DNA of 64,000 bases from Octopus bimaculoides. Taxonomy: Eukaryota. The stretch spans positions 36,002,198 through 36,066,197 of the forward strand of contig NC_068993.1 in the NCBI RefSeq assembly GCF_001194135.2, in the 5' to 3' direction. Numbering within the stretch: the first letter of the stretch is position 1; every line of letters begins with the position of its first letter. Shown here one piece after another: positions 26,261 through 39,169 of this stretch. The position numbers were made by a program, and so were the translations under genes. The notes under the pieces were generated by a model. It had not been told where the DNA came from, did not search any database, and saw only the letters and a list, made by a program, of their open reading frames with translations.

Positions 26261-27426
26261 GAAAGTCTTTTATTTTTGTATCTTCAACGCGTTGCGAAAG
26301 TGTACGATACATGACGCGGATAGTATGCTTAAGATTATATTACCCAATATATGCTACTTTCTATTAAGATGACACAGTAAAATCTGAAGGAGATTTGTTT
26401 GCTATCTCCTGCAGATCGAGTAACCACGTCGGCTTGCGTATATTTGATGTATATTAGTGGCCATTAGACTTGATACATAACCCAAATATTTATATCGTGA
26501 ACATACGAACGGTACGTAATGTCATTCATGTCATCCTCAAGAGTAGAACTGGTATAAATGTAAGGAAATGGCTTCGAATACAAGAATCGAAATCTTGTGG
26601 CGGATATTTGAGTCGCAGGCAGTTTTATTACCTATTCAGTGATGACGTTCATCAACGAGTGTTGTCTTTCTATCTGCATGCTGGCATCCTATAATCGAAG
26701 ATGAGACAACTCTCTTATTACCAACCAAGTTCTATTTTTAATCAATTTTTATCTAATTTAAATTTCAGTGTTGGTTCCCCTGCTAGTTTTCACAGGAGAA
26801 AAAAATCATTACTCTAATGATCTATTCTTCCTTTCTTCCTTTCTTCCTTGATACGTTGATTAATTAGATCAAACTGAATTAATAAGCATTTCTTGCCTTA
26901 ATTCACAATACATGCTAGAACACCATTTGCATTGAAAGCAAACGGTGTCTGGATATTTTCCCCTACTGTTATACTTAAACATAATTTGCATTAGAGCGAA
27001 ACTTTTAACGGCTGAAGAGGCAAGATGAAACTAAATAAGCAAACAATTGCTTTATTTCTAGGTTTCCAGACACGAAGCATAAACACACAAAGAACTCCGT
27101 AGGTTGGTTCGTTATTTCACGTGACACACTCCCTCCTAAATTAATAAAATGATCATAATTTTGGCGTCGTTCCTGAAAGGACTGTGCCATATTCGATAAT
27201 GTGTTCTTTGGAAATTATTCATGCAAAAAGACTTAAGGAATTCTTTGAAGCCAACTATCTCAATCTAATTACCAAGAATTTACTTCATTTGGTCATTTGG
27301 TTAATCTGAAGAGGCTGTCGTGACTGAAGCTTATGTTGTGAAGAATATATAATCCAATCACGCGAAGACTATGGATAAATGCACTAAAGATTCGTCTTCT
27401 TTCCGTCCAAATGTGCATCATATATA

Positions 27427-27479
<53 letters not shown>

Positions 27480-27733
27480 ATAAGCACACATACACACACA
27501 TGAAGGTGTGATCGTAAAAACAAATAACCACAGACTTGAAGAAAAAAAATTAACTGAATGGATATTTATAAAGAAATGAGTGTAATATATAATTTTCTGT
27601 TTGAGTTGAAAGCTAAATTATGAACGAAATATCTATCACTTCATCTTAAGAATCGTCGTAAAAATAATAATAATGATGATGATGATAATAATAATAATCT
27701 AGCATAACTTTTTTATCAAATACACGCACGGTG

Positions 27734-27783
<50 letters not shown>

Positions 27784-28863
27784 CAGACAGACAGTTAATT
27801 AATATCCAAGTAAAAACAGCGACACAAGCAGAAAAGAACTAGAAAGAACAAAGCCAGCAAATTTCTGCTGTGAAGAAAAAAAAAGGAAAATAATTCGATG
27901 TTTCGGAAATAGGTCCTTCGTCAAAAAGAAGGAAAGAAAAGAGCGGAAAATTGGAAAGAAAACACCTGGTTTTGGTTCAAAGAAACCAGATAGCATTGGA
28001 GTAAATAAACTAATATTTTAGCAAAAAGTAAATAGTTGTAACAGAAATATGCAAGCCAATTATTGGAGGGAAAATATGAGTGTGTGGGATATATATTGGT
28101 GTACAAGTAGTAGTGAAGCAGTTTGGCCGGCGCCATTTTTTAACTGTGTTTCCTTATACCCTGACTTTTTATAATGAGCTTGAATCAATTATATTTTTCC
28201 CATCAAAAGTTCCTGCTTTGTGTTTAATTTAGAAACACTTTTTGCACTACTGTGCCTTTGATTACGCTTGTTCCATCTTCAAGGAAATATTCTGGAATGT
28301 TTTTTTTTTCTGTTCTTCCTTTATTTGTAGTTTCACTTCTTGGGTCGAAACAGTATTTTTCTGGTGGAATATGAAGGCAGTTTGTAAGAGTTGTCAGCAC
28401 TTATCTTTTATCTCTAACTTTAGAACACAAATATCAACATCAAATTCAGATCTTTGCCTTTATAACTCCCTCAACCCTCTGCTCTCTCCAACTACCCCAA
28501 CCTTTTTTCCTCTTCAACTACCTCAAACAGCTGCATGTCTATAACTCCCTCAATAACATGCCTCTGTCCAAATCCTTCCTTTCATTTTTCACTCATTACA
28601 TCTTGTTATTCTAACTAATTCTCTGATGAAAATAATTAGTCTGTCTGTTAAATAAATGTATTGGCTAAAACCTTTAAGCAGAATACTTACGTGTCTGACA
28701 ACAGAACTGTCGCAGCTTGATACAACCTGAGTATTATCAGCTTCTTTAATATCCATAACCTCCAGTTGGGATATTAAAGGTATGCGTGGTAATTTTTAAG
28801 GTTCGATACTTAAATTATTTTATATCAATATTTTTGAATCACTACAGGTATTCTCAATTTCTT

Positions 28864-28902
<39 letters not shown>

Positions 28903-29189
28903 TTTGGTAGTAAAGTCCTTGAAGTTCTTTGTTCATATTCAGGAAATTGTCAGTCAGAGTGCAGTCATAATTTAGAGTTAATAGAAAAGGAATCAGATAC
29001 GTAACCGGGTGAGGAATGCTTGAGACCAGATCCATTAAAATAATTCGGTATGGCGATTCTATCAGAGCCTGAGCAGATCGCCCTGAAAACGGACCCGAAC
29101 AGATGCCAATGAGTTTCCAATACAGATAAAGGTTATATTGTATTCATGTATCATTTTTGCAGCATCGATTGATTTTAGACTGTCAAATC

Positions 29190-29395
29190 CTACGAAGATA
29201 CACCTCAATATCTGTCCATAGGTATGTTTTGCCTCCACTTTCTGACTTTCTACCTCTACTGTAATGGCCTCTACTCCTCAGAACTAGTCTCGTACTTCCA
29301 CATCTTAGGCACACTTGCCCCATTCGTATCTCCACCCCCCATCACTCTTGCTGCGTCCAACCCTCTTAGCTTGCACTAACCACTACACTCAGATA
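29190..29395 (-). repeat. module C copy
   Basis: About 200 bp highly similar to 30130-30316 ('atctgtccataggtatgtttt...gctgcgtccaaccctcttagcttgcactaaccactacactcag'). Confidence 0.85.
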
Positions 29396-30029
29396 GTGGT
29401 GAAAATAAAATGTTTTTTCCATATCACTTTGCGCCATTCTCAACGTACCTCCAATCTAATGCAATACGGCTCGCAAGAATGTATTGTAGAGACACAGGTA
29501 GAGATTTCCATTTACAAGTCGACAACTAATCTATATACACTACATGAGGCAGAATGGTTGAACAGCCATCCTCATATCATTAGTATGTACGTCCTCATAT
29601 CATTAGTATTACCGAATTACTGAAATGATTTGGAATGTCCCCATTTCCATTCATATCAATCCTTGTTTCTCGTCTGTTGGTGAGATTTATTCTTGTACAG
29701 AAGTAATGATGAAATATATTTTCAATGATTTACGTAATACTTTTTACGAAAATTTATTTTAGAATCTCTCTGTAGACTGTACACAGCCTGGTCAGGAATA
29801 TGCTAACTTTGATTACATCAAAGCTGACGGAAGTCAATATGTCAGAACTGTGATATTTGGAAGCCATGCTTGCAAATACACTCTATTGATCATAAACTGC
29901 AGAATTATTTTACAGAAGTTATAAATGCCTAACAAAGATCGCATCTAAAAGACTGGCCCTTCTCTTGGGAGTTAGAAAGTATTTCAATCCTTAACAGCTT
30001 TGGACACTCTACGAGGCTCGAGTAAGTTC

Positions 30030-30320
30030 TCCCACATCTAAGATGGTGCTGCTATGCACATAGACAACACACGATATGATCCGCGTCCAAAAAAGAACCA
30101 CTCGACTGATTGGCTTTCAGTAACTGACAGATACACCCCAGTATCTGTCCATAGGTATGTTTTGTCTCCACTTTCTGACTTTCTGTCTTTACTGTAATGG
30201 CCTCAGAACTGGTCTCGAACCTCCACATCTTAGGCACACCTGCCCCATTCGTATCACTACCCCCATCAATCTTGCTGCGTCCAACCCTCTTAGCTTGCAC
30301 TAACCACTACACTCAGTCTT
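30030..30320 (-). repeat. module C copy
   Basis: Direct repeat of 29190-29395; inverted diverged copy at 24300-24560. Confidence 0.85.
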
Positions 30321-31602
30321 TCTTCATCCGAACGCCGGTCCATTGAACTTTTCAGATCTTCGCCCTGCTCATATTTTTCCTATGAATGTTGACCTGCAAC
30401 TGCTTAAACATTTGCACTATCAAGCTCACCAGTCTCAGAAGGGCCTACAAAAATCTTAGGCATTGTTCCTTACTCCAAACTCAGTAAGTATTTAAAGAAT
30501 TAGATATTTCAATACCGAATTGTTTAATGATTTGTTTAATCAAAGAAAGGTCTCAGTTTTGAATTAAATGTCTTTAAAGAAAATAGTTTTGAAAACAAAA
30601 GAAAATAATTTACATTTATATTCATTGATTTTCATTCATAAAGGAAATTTTACAATTCAAAATTGAAAGAAATGTCATTTTAATTGAATTTTAAAACGAT
30701 TTATTGTTGTAATAAACGAACAAATTCCTTCCCTCTTTACTAAAATAAGCATTCGATTTACTATAAAGCAGAAACAGTGGCTGAGGTGCAATAAATTATA
30801 TTTGCCACAGACCGTCCTGAAATACAATATCGGAAAGTCTGGTAGCTCCAAAGACAGAGAACGTAGTCAAATATGGTGATATGGTTTTGTTTGTTTTGTT
30901 AGTTTTAGTGTAGATTAATGTTGTGTTAATCAATAAGATGAAATATTTATTTGTGATTTTTTTCAGGTGAAGATAAATTTGATGGATAAACGAAGAGAAA
31001 TCCGAAATGAACAGCAAACAATTTCTGCAGAAGAATCTGATAAGACTATTACATTTATCCGGTGTTCAAACCCAATAGCTATCTTTCATCTTTGATTTTC
31101 AGAAGACAAAATGGACAGGCAAAAAAAGGTGGGGAAAGAAAAAGTTAACGACGAATCAATGTACAGTCAATTGAAAGCGGATAAGTCTATAAAGGAAGAA
31201 ATATAAAAAGAGTTATAAATCGGTAGTATCCACCAAAAAGTAGTAGAGCTCAATGTTGAAGCACTTAGAGATACGCATCAATATATGTATGTATGTATAN
31301 NNNNNNNNNNNNNNNNNNNNNNNNNNNNNNNNNNNNNNNNNNNNNNNNNNNNNNNNNNNNNNNNNNNNNNNNNNNNNNNNNNNNNNNNNNNNNNNNNNNN
31401 NNNNNNNNNNNNNNNNNNNNNNNNNNNNNNNNNNNNNNNNNNNNNNNNNNNNNNNNNNNNNNNNNNNNNNNNNNNNNNNNNNNNNNNNNNNNNNNNNNNN
31501 NNNNNNNNNNNNNNNNNNNNNNNNNNNNNNNNNNNATCTATATATACAAAGAGAGAGTGGGGAGGAGAGAGACTTTTCTCTCTAATATTTACATCCCATT
31601 AT

Positions 31603-31800
31603 TTGGCAGAATCATTAGCACACCGGACAAATGTTTAGCGGCATTTCACTCGTTTTACGTTCTAAATTCAAATTCTTTGAAGGTTGACTTTACCTTTCAT
31701 TCTTTCAGGGTCGATAAAATAAATACCAGTCAAGTAATACGGTCGATTTAATCGACTTTCCTCCTCTTAAAAAATAACTAGTTCTGTGCAAAAACTTGTA
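31603..31800 (+). mobile_element. tRNA-derived SINE (family 3)
   Basis: 'ttggcagaatcattagcac...ttctaaattcaaattc...ggttgactttacctttcattctttcagggtcgataaaat'. Confidence 0.8.
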
Positions 31801-31875
31801 ACTATTACTTAAAGCTTTCTGTATGTTTCGAGATCCGCTATTCCTAAAAACAATTATTTCATGTTCTCACGAAAT

Positions 31876-32357
31876 GCTCTTCCTACAGCAGTAAGAGTAT
31901 TTTAACTCTTATTTCTAGCGATGTAGGTGCTTCGACACCCTCAGTCACACTTAGCGACGATTGATAATTTCCTTTATGGTACGACATTGCACCTAGCTGT
32001 TTATATTAATATTTTATATACACATTAGCATTCCGCTAACTCACCCATAAATTATAATAAATACATATATGCTAACAGGCGGAATTAGCAGTACATGTGC
32101 CATTCGAGCAGTCCTCACTGACGATGCCTACAGAATAGGCGAAACTAGATGTTTAGTCTAAAGATTTTCGAGTCGGTCATGTGTTGGCTAGCTCACCTTT
32201 CAGTATGTGTGCATACATATGCGCTCTTCCTACAGTATTAAGTGTATTTTAACTCTTTATTTCTAACAATGTAGGTGCTTCGGTACCCTCAGTAACACTT
32301 AGTGACGATTGAATTTTTCCTGTATGGTATCACGTTGCGCCCAGCTGTTTATATTAA
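31876..32357 (+). mobile_element. retrozyme-like element: ~347-bp unit with ~135-bp terminal direct repeats and an internal hammerhead
   Basis: 31876-32009 repeated at 32223-32357; hammerhead at 32110-32166 between the repeats; no ORF. Confidence 0.7.
32110..32166 (+). ncRNA. type I hammerhead ribozyme with intact catalytic core
   Basis: AGTCCTCA-CTGACGA-T-GCCTA cagaa TAGGC-GAAA-CTAG atgt TTAG-TC-TAAAGATT; GUC triplet, predicted cleavage after C32158; stem I has two A-C mismatches explainable by G>A transitions. Confidence 0.88.
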
Positions 32358-32371
32358 CTGCGTGCGTGTGC

Positions 32372-32445
<74 letters not shown>

Positions 32446-33065
32446 ATAGTTCGGCTCCTGACAACAGAGGCACCTGAAACAATTAGTAAAAGTGTGATAC
32501 AAGGTCCCAGCTCATACTCCCTTGCAAATGACTACTTTGGCTATGTATCCCTGCGTGAGTATGCATGTGTGATGATATCTATGTTTATAACTGTTTATTC
32601 ATGTCCCATTACTTTGAGAGATCAATAAAATAAATACCAATCATTAAAATAACTACAAGATACGATATAATTGACTTAACCCCTAAAAGCGGTACCGATA
32701 ATGTATTTTAGCAACCCCAAGGAAGGCAAGTTGGTGACAGGTGAAATAAGAATGTTTTTCGTGGCTTGGGGTTTTGACTGCCCTTTTTAGTATGTAAGAA
32801 GACCATTTAATGGTCTTCTCTTCGTGTATAAATTTTTATACACTCATATACATATATACATATATATATAAGTTTCAGCCATTGGACTGCGCTCCATACT
32901 GGAGCACCACCTTGAAAGGTTTAGTCGAAATAATCGATCTCCAGTGCACATTGTTTTTTAATCCGATACTTATTCTATGTTTCTTTGGCTGGACGTAAGC
33001 AAACCGACACCGGTTGTCAAGAGCTGGTGACGACAATTACACACACACTTACACACAGACATATA

Positions 33066-34115
33066 TTGGGTCATTCCATTAATGTGGGGGGTTTTTTCAA
33101 TTGCTTGAGCTAAAAGTCGGAGGGGGACGGGATACTTTGTCCTTATTCTTAGTGCTACTTTTAAAGAGTGAAGTTCGATTTTAACAGTTATTTTTTCAAA
33201 GCTATAATGGAAGTGACAAAGGAGCATCATATTCGGCATATTTTGCTTTATGAGTTCAATAAAGGCAAAAACGCAACGGAAAGAGCGAGGAATATTAAAT
33301 GCAGTATATGGAGATCGGACAATAAGCATAAGCTAGTGTCAACGGTGGTTACAGCAATTCCGAGCTGGAAACTACAGCCTAGAAGATGTATTCCTCACAA
33401 ACTTTCAGAGTTTGATCGCGCTCAGGGATTGAATGTGTGCTCTTCTTTGCTGTCACGTCTCACGAATGAACCTTTTTTGGACCCAATAATGACCGGTGAC
33501 GAAAAATGGGTTCTCTACAAAAATGTCAAGTGCTGAAGACAGTGAGTAGGGAAAGGAGAAACAACGGCACCCTAAGCTAAAGGTCTTCACACACGTAAGG
33601 TGTTGTTATCTGTTTGGTGGGATATGAAAGATTTAGTCCACTTTGAACTTTTAAACCCAAACCAAACGATAACAAAGATCTACTGCGAACAGCTTGAGCG
33701 ACATAAGTCAGCGTTGGAAGAAAAACGACTATCTTTGTTTTCAAGATGAAAGGTGTTCTTCCGTCGGCTATATACAGCGAGGATGACATTTCAAAGGTTG
33801 GAGCAGTTCGAATGGGGAATGATGCTACAGCCACCATATCGCCCCATCTGATTATCATTTATTCCGCAATCTTCAAAATCATTTGGACGGAAAAAATATG
33901 AATTCTGTAAACGAGGTCAAAACAGTACTGGAGGAGTATTTTTCGTCATAGACAAGTGAATTTTGGAAGAGGGGCCTTGCAATTCTACAAGATAGATGGA
34001 AGAGCATCGTAGAAAATGAAGGAGAGTATACTTTAGATTAAAAAGAATTTTGCTTATCTTAATTTTGAAAAATAAAAGAAGTTTAAAAAGCCGCATTATT
34101 TATGGGATGACCCAA
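33066..34115 (+). mobile_element. mariner DNA transposon, TIR-bounded, internally deleted, TA TSD
   Basis: TA|ttgggtcattccat ... atgggatgacccaa|TA; transposase relic 33207-34041: 'HIRHILLYEFNKGKNATE', 'IMTGDEKWVLY', 'KVLLSVWWD', degenerate YSPDL motif; stops and frameshifts. Confidence 0.95.
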
Positions 34116-34134
34116 TATATGTATATAACCGACG

Positions 34135-34275
34135 GGCTTCCATATACTAAATTCACTTATAAGGTATTGGTCAGCCCGAGGCTATAGTAAAAGATAATTG
34201 ATCAAGTTACCGGGCCGGATTGAACCCGAAATCATTTAGATGCAAAGCGAGCTTCTTACCACACATCTATGCCTT
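34135..34275 (-). mobile_element. SINE (family 4)
   Basis: 'gggcttcc...aaattcacttataaggtattggtcagcccgaggctatagta...ttgaacccgaa'; matches 49418-49567. Confidence 0.75.
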
Positions 34276-35614
34276 TAAATATTAAAGTCTCTTGGTGTAT
34301 AGTTATGGTCATGATCTTCACTAATCAATTATATTTCAGAAACCCAATAACAGAATTTTTATACAAAATATATAGAACATGGAGTATAATAATGAAGTAT
34401 GTTATTTTTGCTTTGTAGTAAAACTTTATTGTTGCCTATAGTTTCTATATAAATTCAGATCAGTCTTAATCAAACAAATAAACGTGGTTGAAAGCGACCC
34501 AGCCATGACCATCACATCCTTCTCTATATCTAGGATTACATGACGAAGTAACTTGTATTCTTTTTATTTCCAGGATGGTAGAGAAGATGGCTGCTATTTC
34601 GAGGTCAAGCGACCACGTAGAAGCTCCGCTGTTTTCTTAATGTTACGATTGCGTGATCTAAACGGGTAATGTTTACACCATATAACGTGAAGGCGCATAG
34701 CTTAGTGTTTAGGGTTTTGGGCCCTTGATCATAAGGTCGTGGGTACGATTCACTGCGTATTACACCCTTAAGAAAAGTACTCCATTTCACGTTGCTCTGA
34801 AGTGAGTACTAACTGAATGCTTGTTACCCTCCCTACAACTGTAACGATGTAGATGTTCCATTTCAACAAGGGTGAGACGGTCTGTGTGTCTTCTCGACTA
34901 TACTGGCACCTAAAACAATTAGTGAACGCTCTCATTTAGCGACCTCTCCATGGATATTTTTGTTAAACTCGTTAACTTGATAATTGGTATTTTTTATCTG
35001 AGGTCGTTTGTTGAAGCGAAGAAAAATGTATTGTGATGTAATTAAAACTATCTTAACCGTCAATAGCAAGTGAATGTAACATGGTAGAATGTATGCTTTC
35101 GTAACTTTCACTTGCTAGTAGCCACAAGCATGCACGATGCTTTCGTAATGTCGTACATGCTACTAAATCACACTCTCTTGCTATTGATGGCTATGGTGTT
35201 TATGATTATATCACGACACATCTTTTCTACTTTCAACAAACGATCTCGAGTCAAAAATATTTCTTTGTGCATACAGTTACAACAAACACCATTTAACAAG
35301 TTTATTTCAGTAATAGCCTTAGAGAGATTGTGAGGCAGAAGAACCCAGTAAACAAACCACCACAGCAACAATAAAAATCGATGTTATAAAATAGGTAGTC
35401 TATGGTATTTCTCGAACATATAAAGTGAATTTACTTATTTTCCGGCTGAAGAATTCAGTAAAACTCGAATGTAAACGATAAACTCTTTAGATGGCAATTC
35501 AAACAGTAAATATTCTTGTACTCTTAAATGTCAACTTTTAAGAAAGAAGCAATTTTATTGTTCTTGCTTATAAAAAGAGGATTATTAAATATCAATATGT
35601 TTGGGTCTGAGAGT

Positions 35615-35945
35615 CTCAGCTGATGATGATAAGGGCGGAGATGGTGGCAATGATGATGGAGGCAATGATGATGGTTGTTATGGGGATGGTGGTAGTGCAG
35701 ACTGTGGTAGAGATGGTGGGGATGACGACGGTGGTGGGAGGGTGAACGTGGTGGGGGAGCGTGGAGATGGTGAAAGTGATGGAGTGTGTAGGCGGTAATG
35801 ATGATGGTCGGGATGGTAATGATGATGAGGATGATAATGGTGGTGATGATGTTGGCGGTAGTGGTAATGATGGAGGTGGTGATGATGATAATGGTGGTGA
35901 TGATGATGATAGTTGTGGTAATGGTAATGATGATAATGCCGTCAC
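35615..35945. repeat. degenerate (GAT/GGT)n low-complexity tract
   Basis: Directly visible; gives spurious G/D/M/S-rich ORFs. Confidence 0.9.
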
Positions 35946-36395
35946 TGCTGTTCTTGTTTAACCATAGGATGAGCTCTGATCAAGATGACCTACGATCCTC
36001 AACGCTACAACCATAACCTTCCCATCTTTTTTTTTTTTTTTTGTATATCTTCATAGGACTACTTATTTCAGTGTGTACTTTCCTTTTTTCTTTCTTTCTG
36101 TAAGACGTAAGGGCTATTATTTCTAGCAGGTCGATAGACCACATACAGCTTCCTTCAGTACCTGGGGGTCAATAAGGGTTAATATTATTTGCAATTGACA
36201 TATTTGTTACATCATCTCCATTTCTACGACAATTAAGCTTCGATGGTTAAGTCCATTTATTTGTAAATATGTACCAATGCTTTTTACAACTCACCGTTAT
36301 CAATAGTGGGAGCACTGTATAATTGCTAACTGTAATGTGAGTCTGCAATACTCAACTGACTATACCCATAATAGTATGAGTGCAATATAAGTGTA

Positions 36396-36730
36396 AAGGT
36401 GCATGGCTGAGTGATTAGAGCGTCGGACTCACAATCACGAGGTAGTGAGTTCGATTCCCGGACCGGCCTGTGTGTTATGTTCTTCAGCAAGATACTTTAA
36501 TTTTACGTTGCTCCAGTTCACTCAGCTCCAGAAAGGAGTTGCGACGTCACTGGTGCCAAGGTGTATCGGCCCCTTTGCCTTTCCCTTGGATAACATTTGT
36601 GGTGTGGAGAGGGGAGGCTGATATGCACGGGTGACTGCTAGTCTTCTATAAACAACTTTGTCCAGACTTGTGCCCCAAAGGGTAACTTTCTAGGTGCAAA
36701 CCCATGGCCCTTCATAACCGAAAAGGGTCC
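36396..36730 (+). mobile_element. tRNA-derived SINE (family 1)
   Basis: 'tggctgagtgattagagcg...gagttcgattccc'; full-length match to 73-410. Confidence 0.88.
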
Positions 36731-37004
36731 TAAATATAAGTAAAACAAAAGGTGAAATACGACCGAAGTATGTATTAAGGATAGAAAATATCGTTAGCCA
36801 GTGAGTAATCTATTTTGTTTCGTCACAGGACTGCGGCTATGTTGGGGTACCGCCCTGAAGAGTATCACCGAACAAATCGACGCCAGCACTTGCTTTGTTT
36901 CAGTTTGGTACTTTTGTGGGAAATTAAACAAATCAACACGGGTGTCAAGTGGTGGTGGTGACGCCCCTTATATATATATATAGAGAGAGAAAGGCTTCCA
37001 CACA

Positions 37005-37243
37005 GTTTCTTATTTCTTTATTGCCCACAAAGGGCTAAACATTGAGGGGACAAACAAGGACAGACAAAGGGGTTAAGTCGATTACATCGACCCCAGTGTG
37101 TAACTGGTACTCAATTTATTGACCCCGAAAGGATGAAAGGCAAAGTCGACCTCGGCGGAATTTGAACTCAGAACGTAATGGCAGACGAAATACCGCTAAG
37201 CATTTCACCCGGCGTGTTAACGTTTCTGCCAACTCGCCGCCTT
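37005..37243 (-). mobile_element. tRNA-derived SINE (family 3), young copy
   Basis: Reverse complement 'aaggcggcgagttggcagaaacgttaac...gagttcaaattccgccgaggtcgactttgcctttcatcctttcggggtc'. Confidence 0.9.
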
Positions 37244-37395
37244 GTTTCCTCACAGTTTCTGTCTACCAAATTCACTGACATGGCATTGGTCAGTCCAGGA
37301 CCATAGTAGTAGACACTTATCCAATGTGCCATGCTGTGGAACTGTATCCGAATTTTCGTGGATACAAAACAAGTTTCTTAACCATACATCTATGC
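37244..37395 (-). mobile_element. SINE (family 4)
   Basis: 'cagtttctgtctaccaaattcact...tagtagtagacactt'; matches 49418-49567. Confidence 0.75.
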
Positions 37396-38032
37396 CCGCG
37401 CTTACATTTCTTTTTAATTTTTACTCCAGCAAGCGTGGGAAACAACTCTGCATATTGAAACTCACTTCCTCGGTGAAAGTTTTCTTCCGCCGAAATTTAC
37501 TGAAGCAGAAACCAAACGAATTTCTAAGTACCTTATATGATGGTATGTAAGAATTTTTTATTTTAAAAATGCCTCAAAAAATCAACTCGGGTCCTATATA
37601 CGATTTAGGTGCATCTTACACACTTGTGCGTCTTTTTACCCCGCATCATCACTCTGTCGTAATTAATACAAGGAACTAGAACGGGACGGCGAATAAAGAA
37701 AAAATGGTGTTCCGACCTTCAAAATTATGAATCCTCACCGAGGTACTGCTTCAAGAAGGATGAACTTTCTCACTCATCGAAATTGAGACCAGCAAAATAG
37801 CGCAATTGAGTTACTGATAATACTCCCTAATATACATTACTAGGGCAGTCAATCTATCACTGATTGATACATCGAATTAGAATTAAACAATTCTCAATTA
37901 CAACTGTCAACTTGCTTTATTTCCAATGTCTCTTTATTACATTTCTTGAACGTATGCACGTTCTTCATACTTGCACACACACGTGCGCACACACATACAC
38001 ACAAACACAAACTTCCACACGCTCGCTCAAAC

Positions 38033-38070
<38 letters not shown>

Positions 38071-38523
38071 TCTCTTTCAGGAAGTGTCAAACAGTTTTTG
38101 TATCTATCTCAATTGCATGAAATACATGTTGATTGAATTTTAAAGCACTTGATTGATTGACTGATTGATTGATTGTTACTTGTGATGATATCGATTTTAT
38201 CGATTTACGAAGAATCACAGAAAACTTAATAGGTACGCACACGTTTGGGTTTACATGTGCGTGCAGCGGTGTTTGTATCCATGTATATGTGAGTGTGTGC
38301 GAGCATAATTTTCTATATGTATATACACAAGTAGATAGTTCGATATATATATATATATATATATTTAAAAAATAACGTCGACCACTAACGTGGACAATTA
38401 ATGCGCTAGAAATAGATCACATCTTGTGTCTATTTCTGAATCTCTTTGATTCTTTAAATGTGCTGGCCTCCTGATAATTAATCGATATTAATTAATATAT
38501 GAATAATTATCAGATTTTATAAT

Positions 38524-38577
<54 letters not shown>

Positions 38578-39169
38578 TATGTGTGTGTGAGTGTGTGTGT
38601 GTATGTATGTATGTATGTATGTATGTATATCCTTATAAAAAAACAATGTTCGTTTCGACGTTGACCACTGAAAATACCAAACAAAATTGATATTTCAGGC
38701 TTTGCGTATCATGTAAATAAATTTCACCATTCTGCAGATAACTGTGCACTTATTTTCCGAAAAGAGAATGTGGGGGTCGAGTTGGTGGTGTATTGGCTCC
38801 TATTTCTAGCAATCCACGTACTGTCTAATTCACTGTAATGCCTTTTTACGGAGTGAAAAAATACACCACCTATCACTCAATTCACCTCCAACTTTCTCTA
38901 AGTTTATGCATTACATTTATTCCTTCGAAGTCACCGCTGGACTTCTGTTTTCTCTCTGTCTATACGTCCCTCTTTATGTCTCTATCTCTCCCACTGTCTC
39001 TCACTCTCCCTCTCTTGTTGTATATGTGTCTCTCTCTCGCTACCACTACCTCCTTTTCTCTCTAGAGAAAAAATACGTGAGACAGATAAAGAGTGTGTTA
39101 GGGAGAAAAAACAAGTGAGACAGAGAAGGGAAGAGACAGAAGACAGACATATGTATATGGAATACATCT

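Noticed and set aside
27008-27070. CTGAAGA...GAAA followed by an AT-rich hairpin
   Set aside because: Stem II does not pair and stem I has only 2 bp; not supportable as a ribozyme
28120-28145. Minus-strand 'aaaaATGGCGCCGGCC' start/YY1-like motif
   Set aside because: The downstream frame is low-complexity with no donor or homology; an isolated motif is expected by chance
35445-35485. CTGAAGA...AGT aaa ACT-c-GAAT motif
   Set aside because: GAAA and stems I and III are not satisfied
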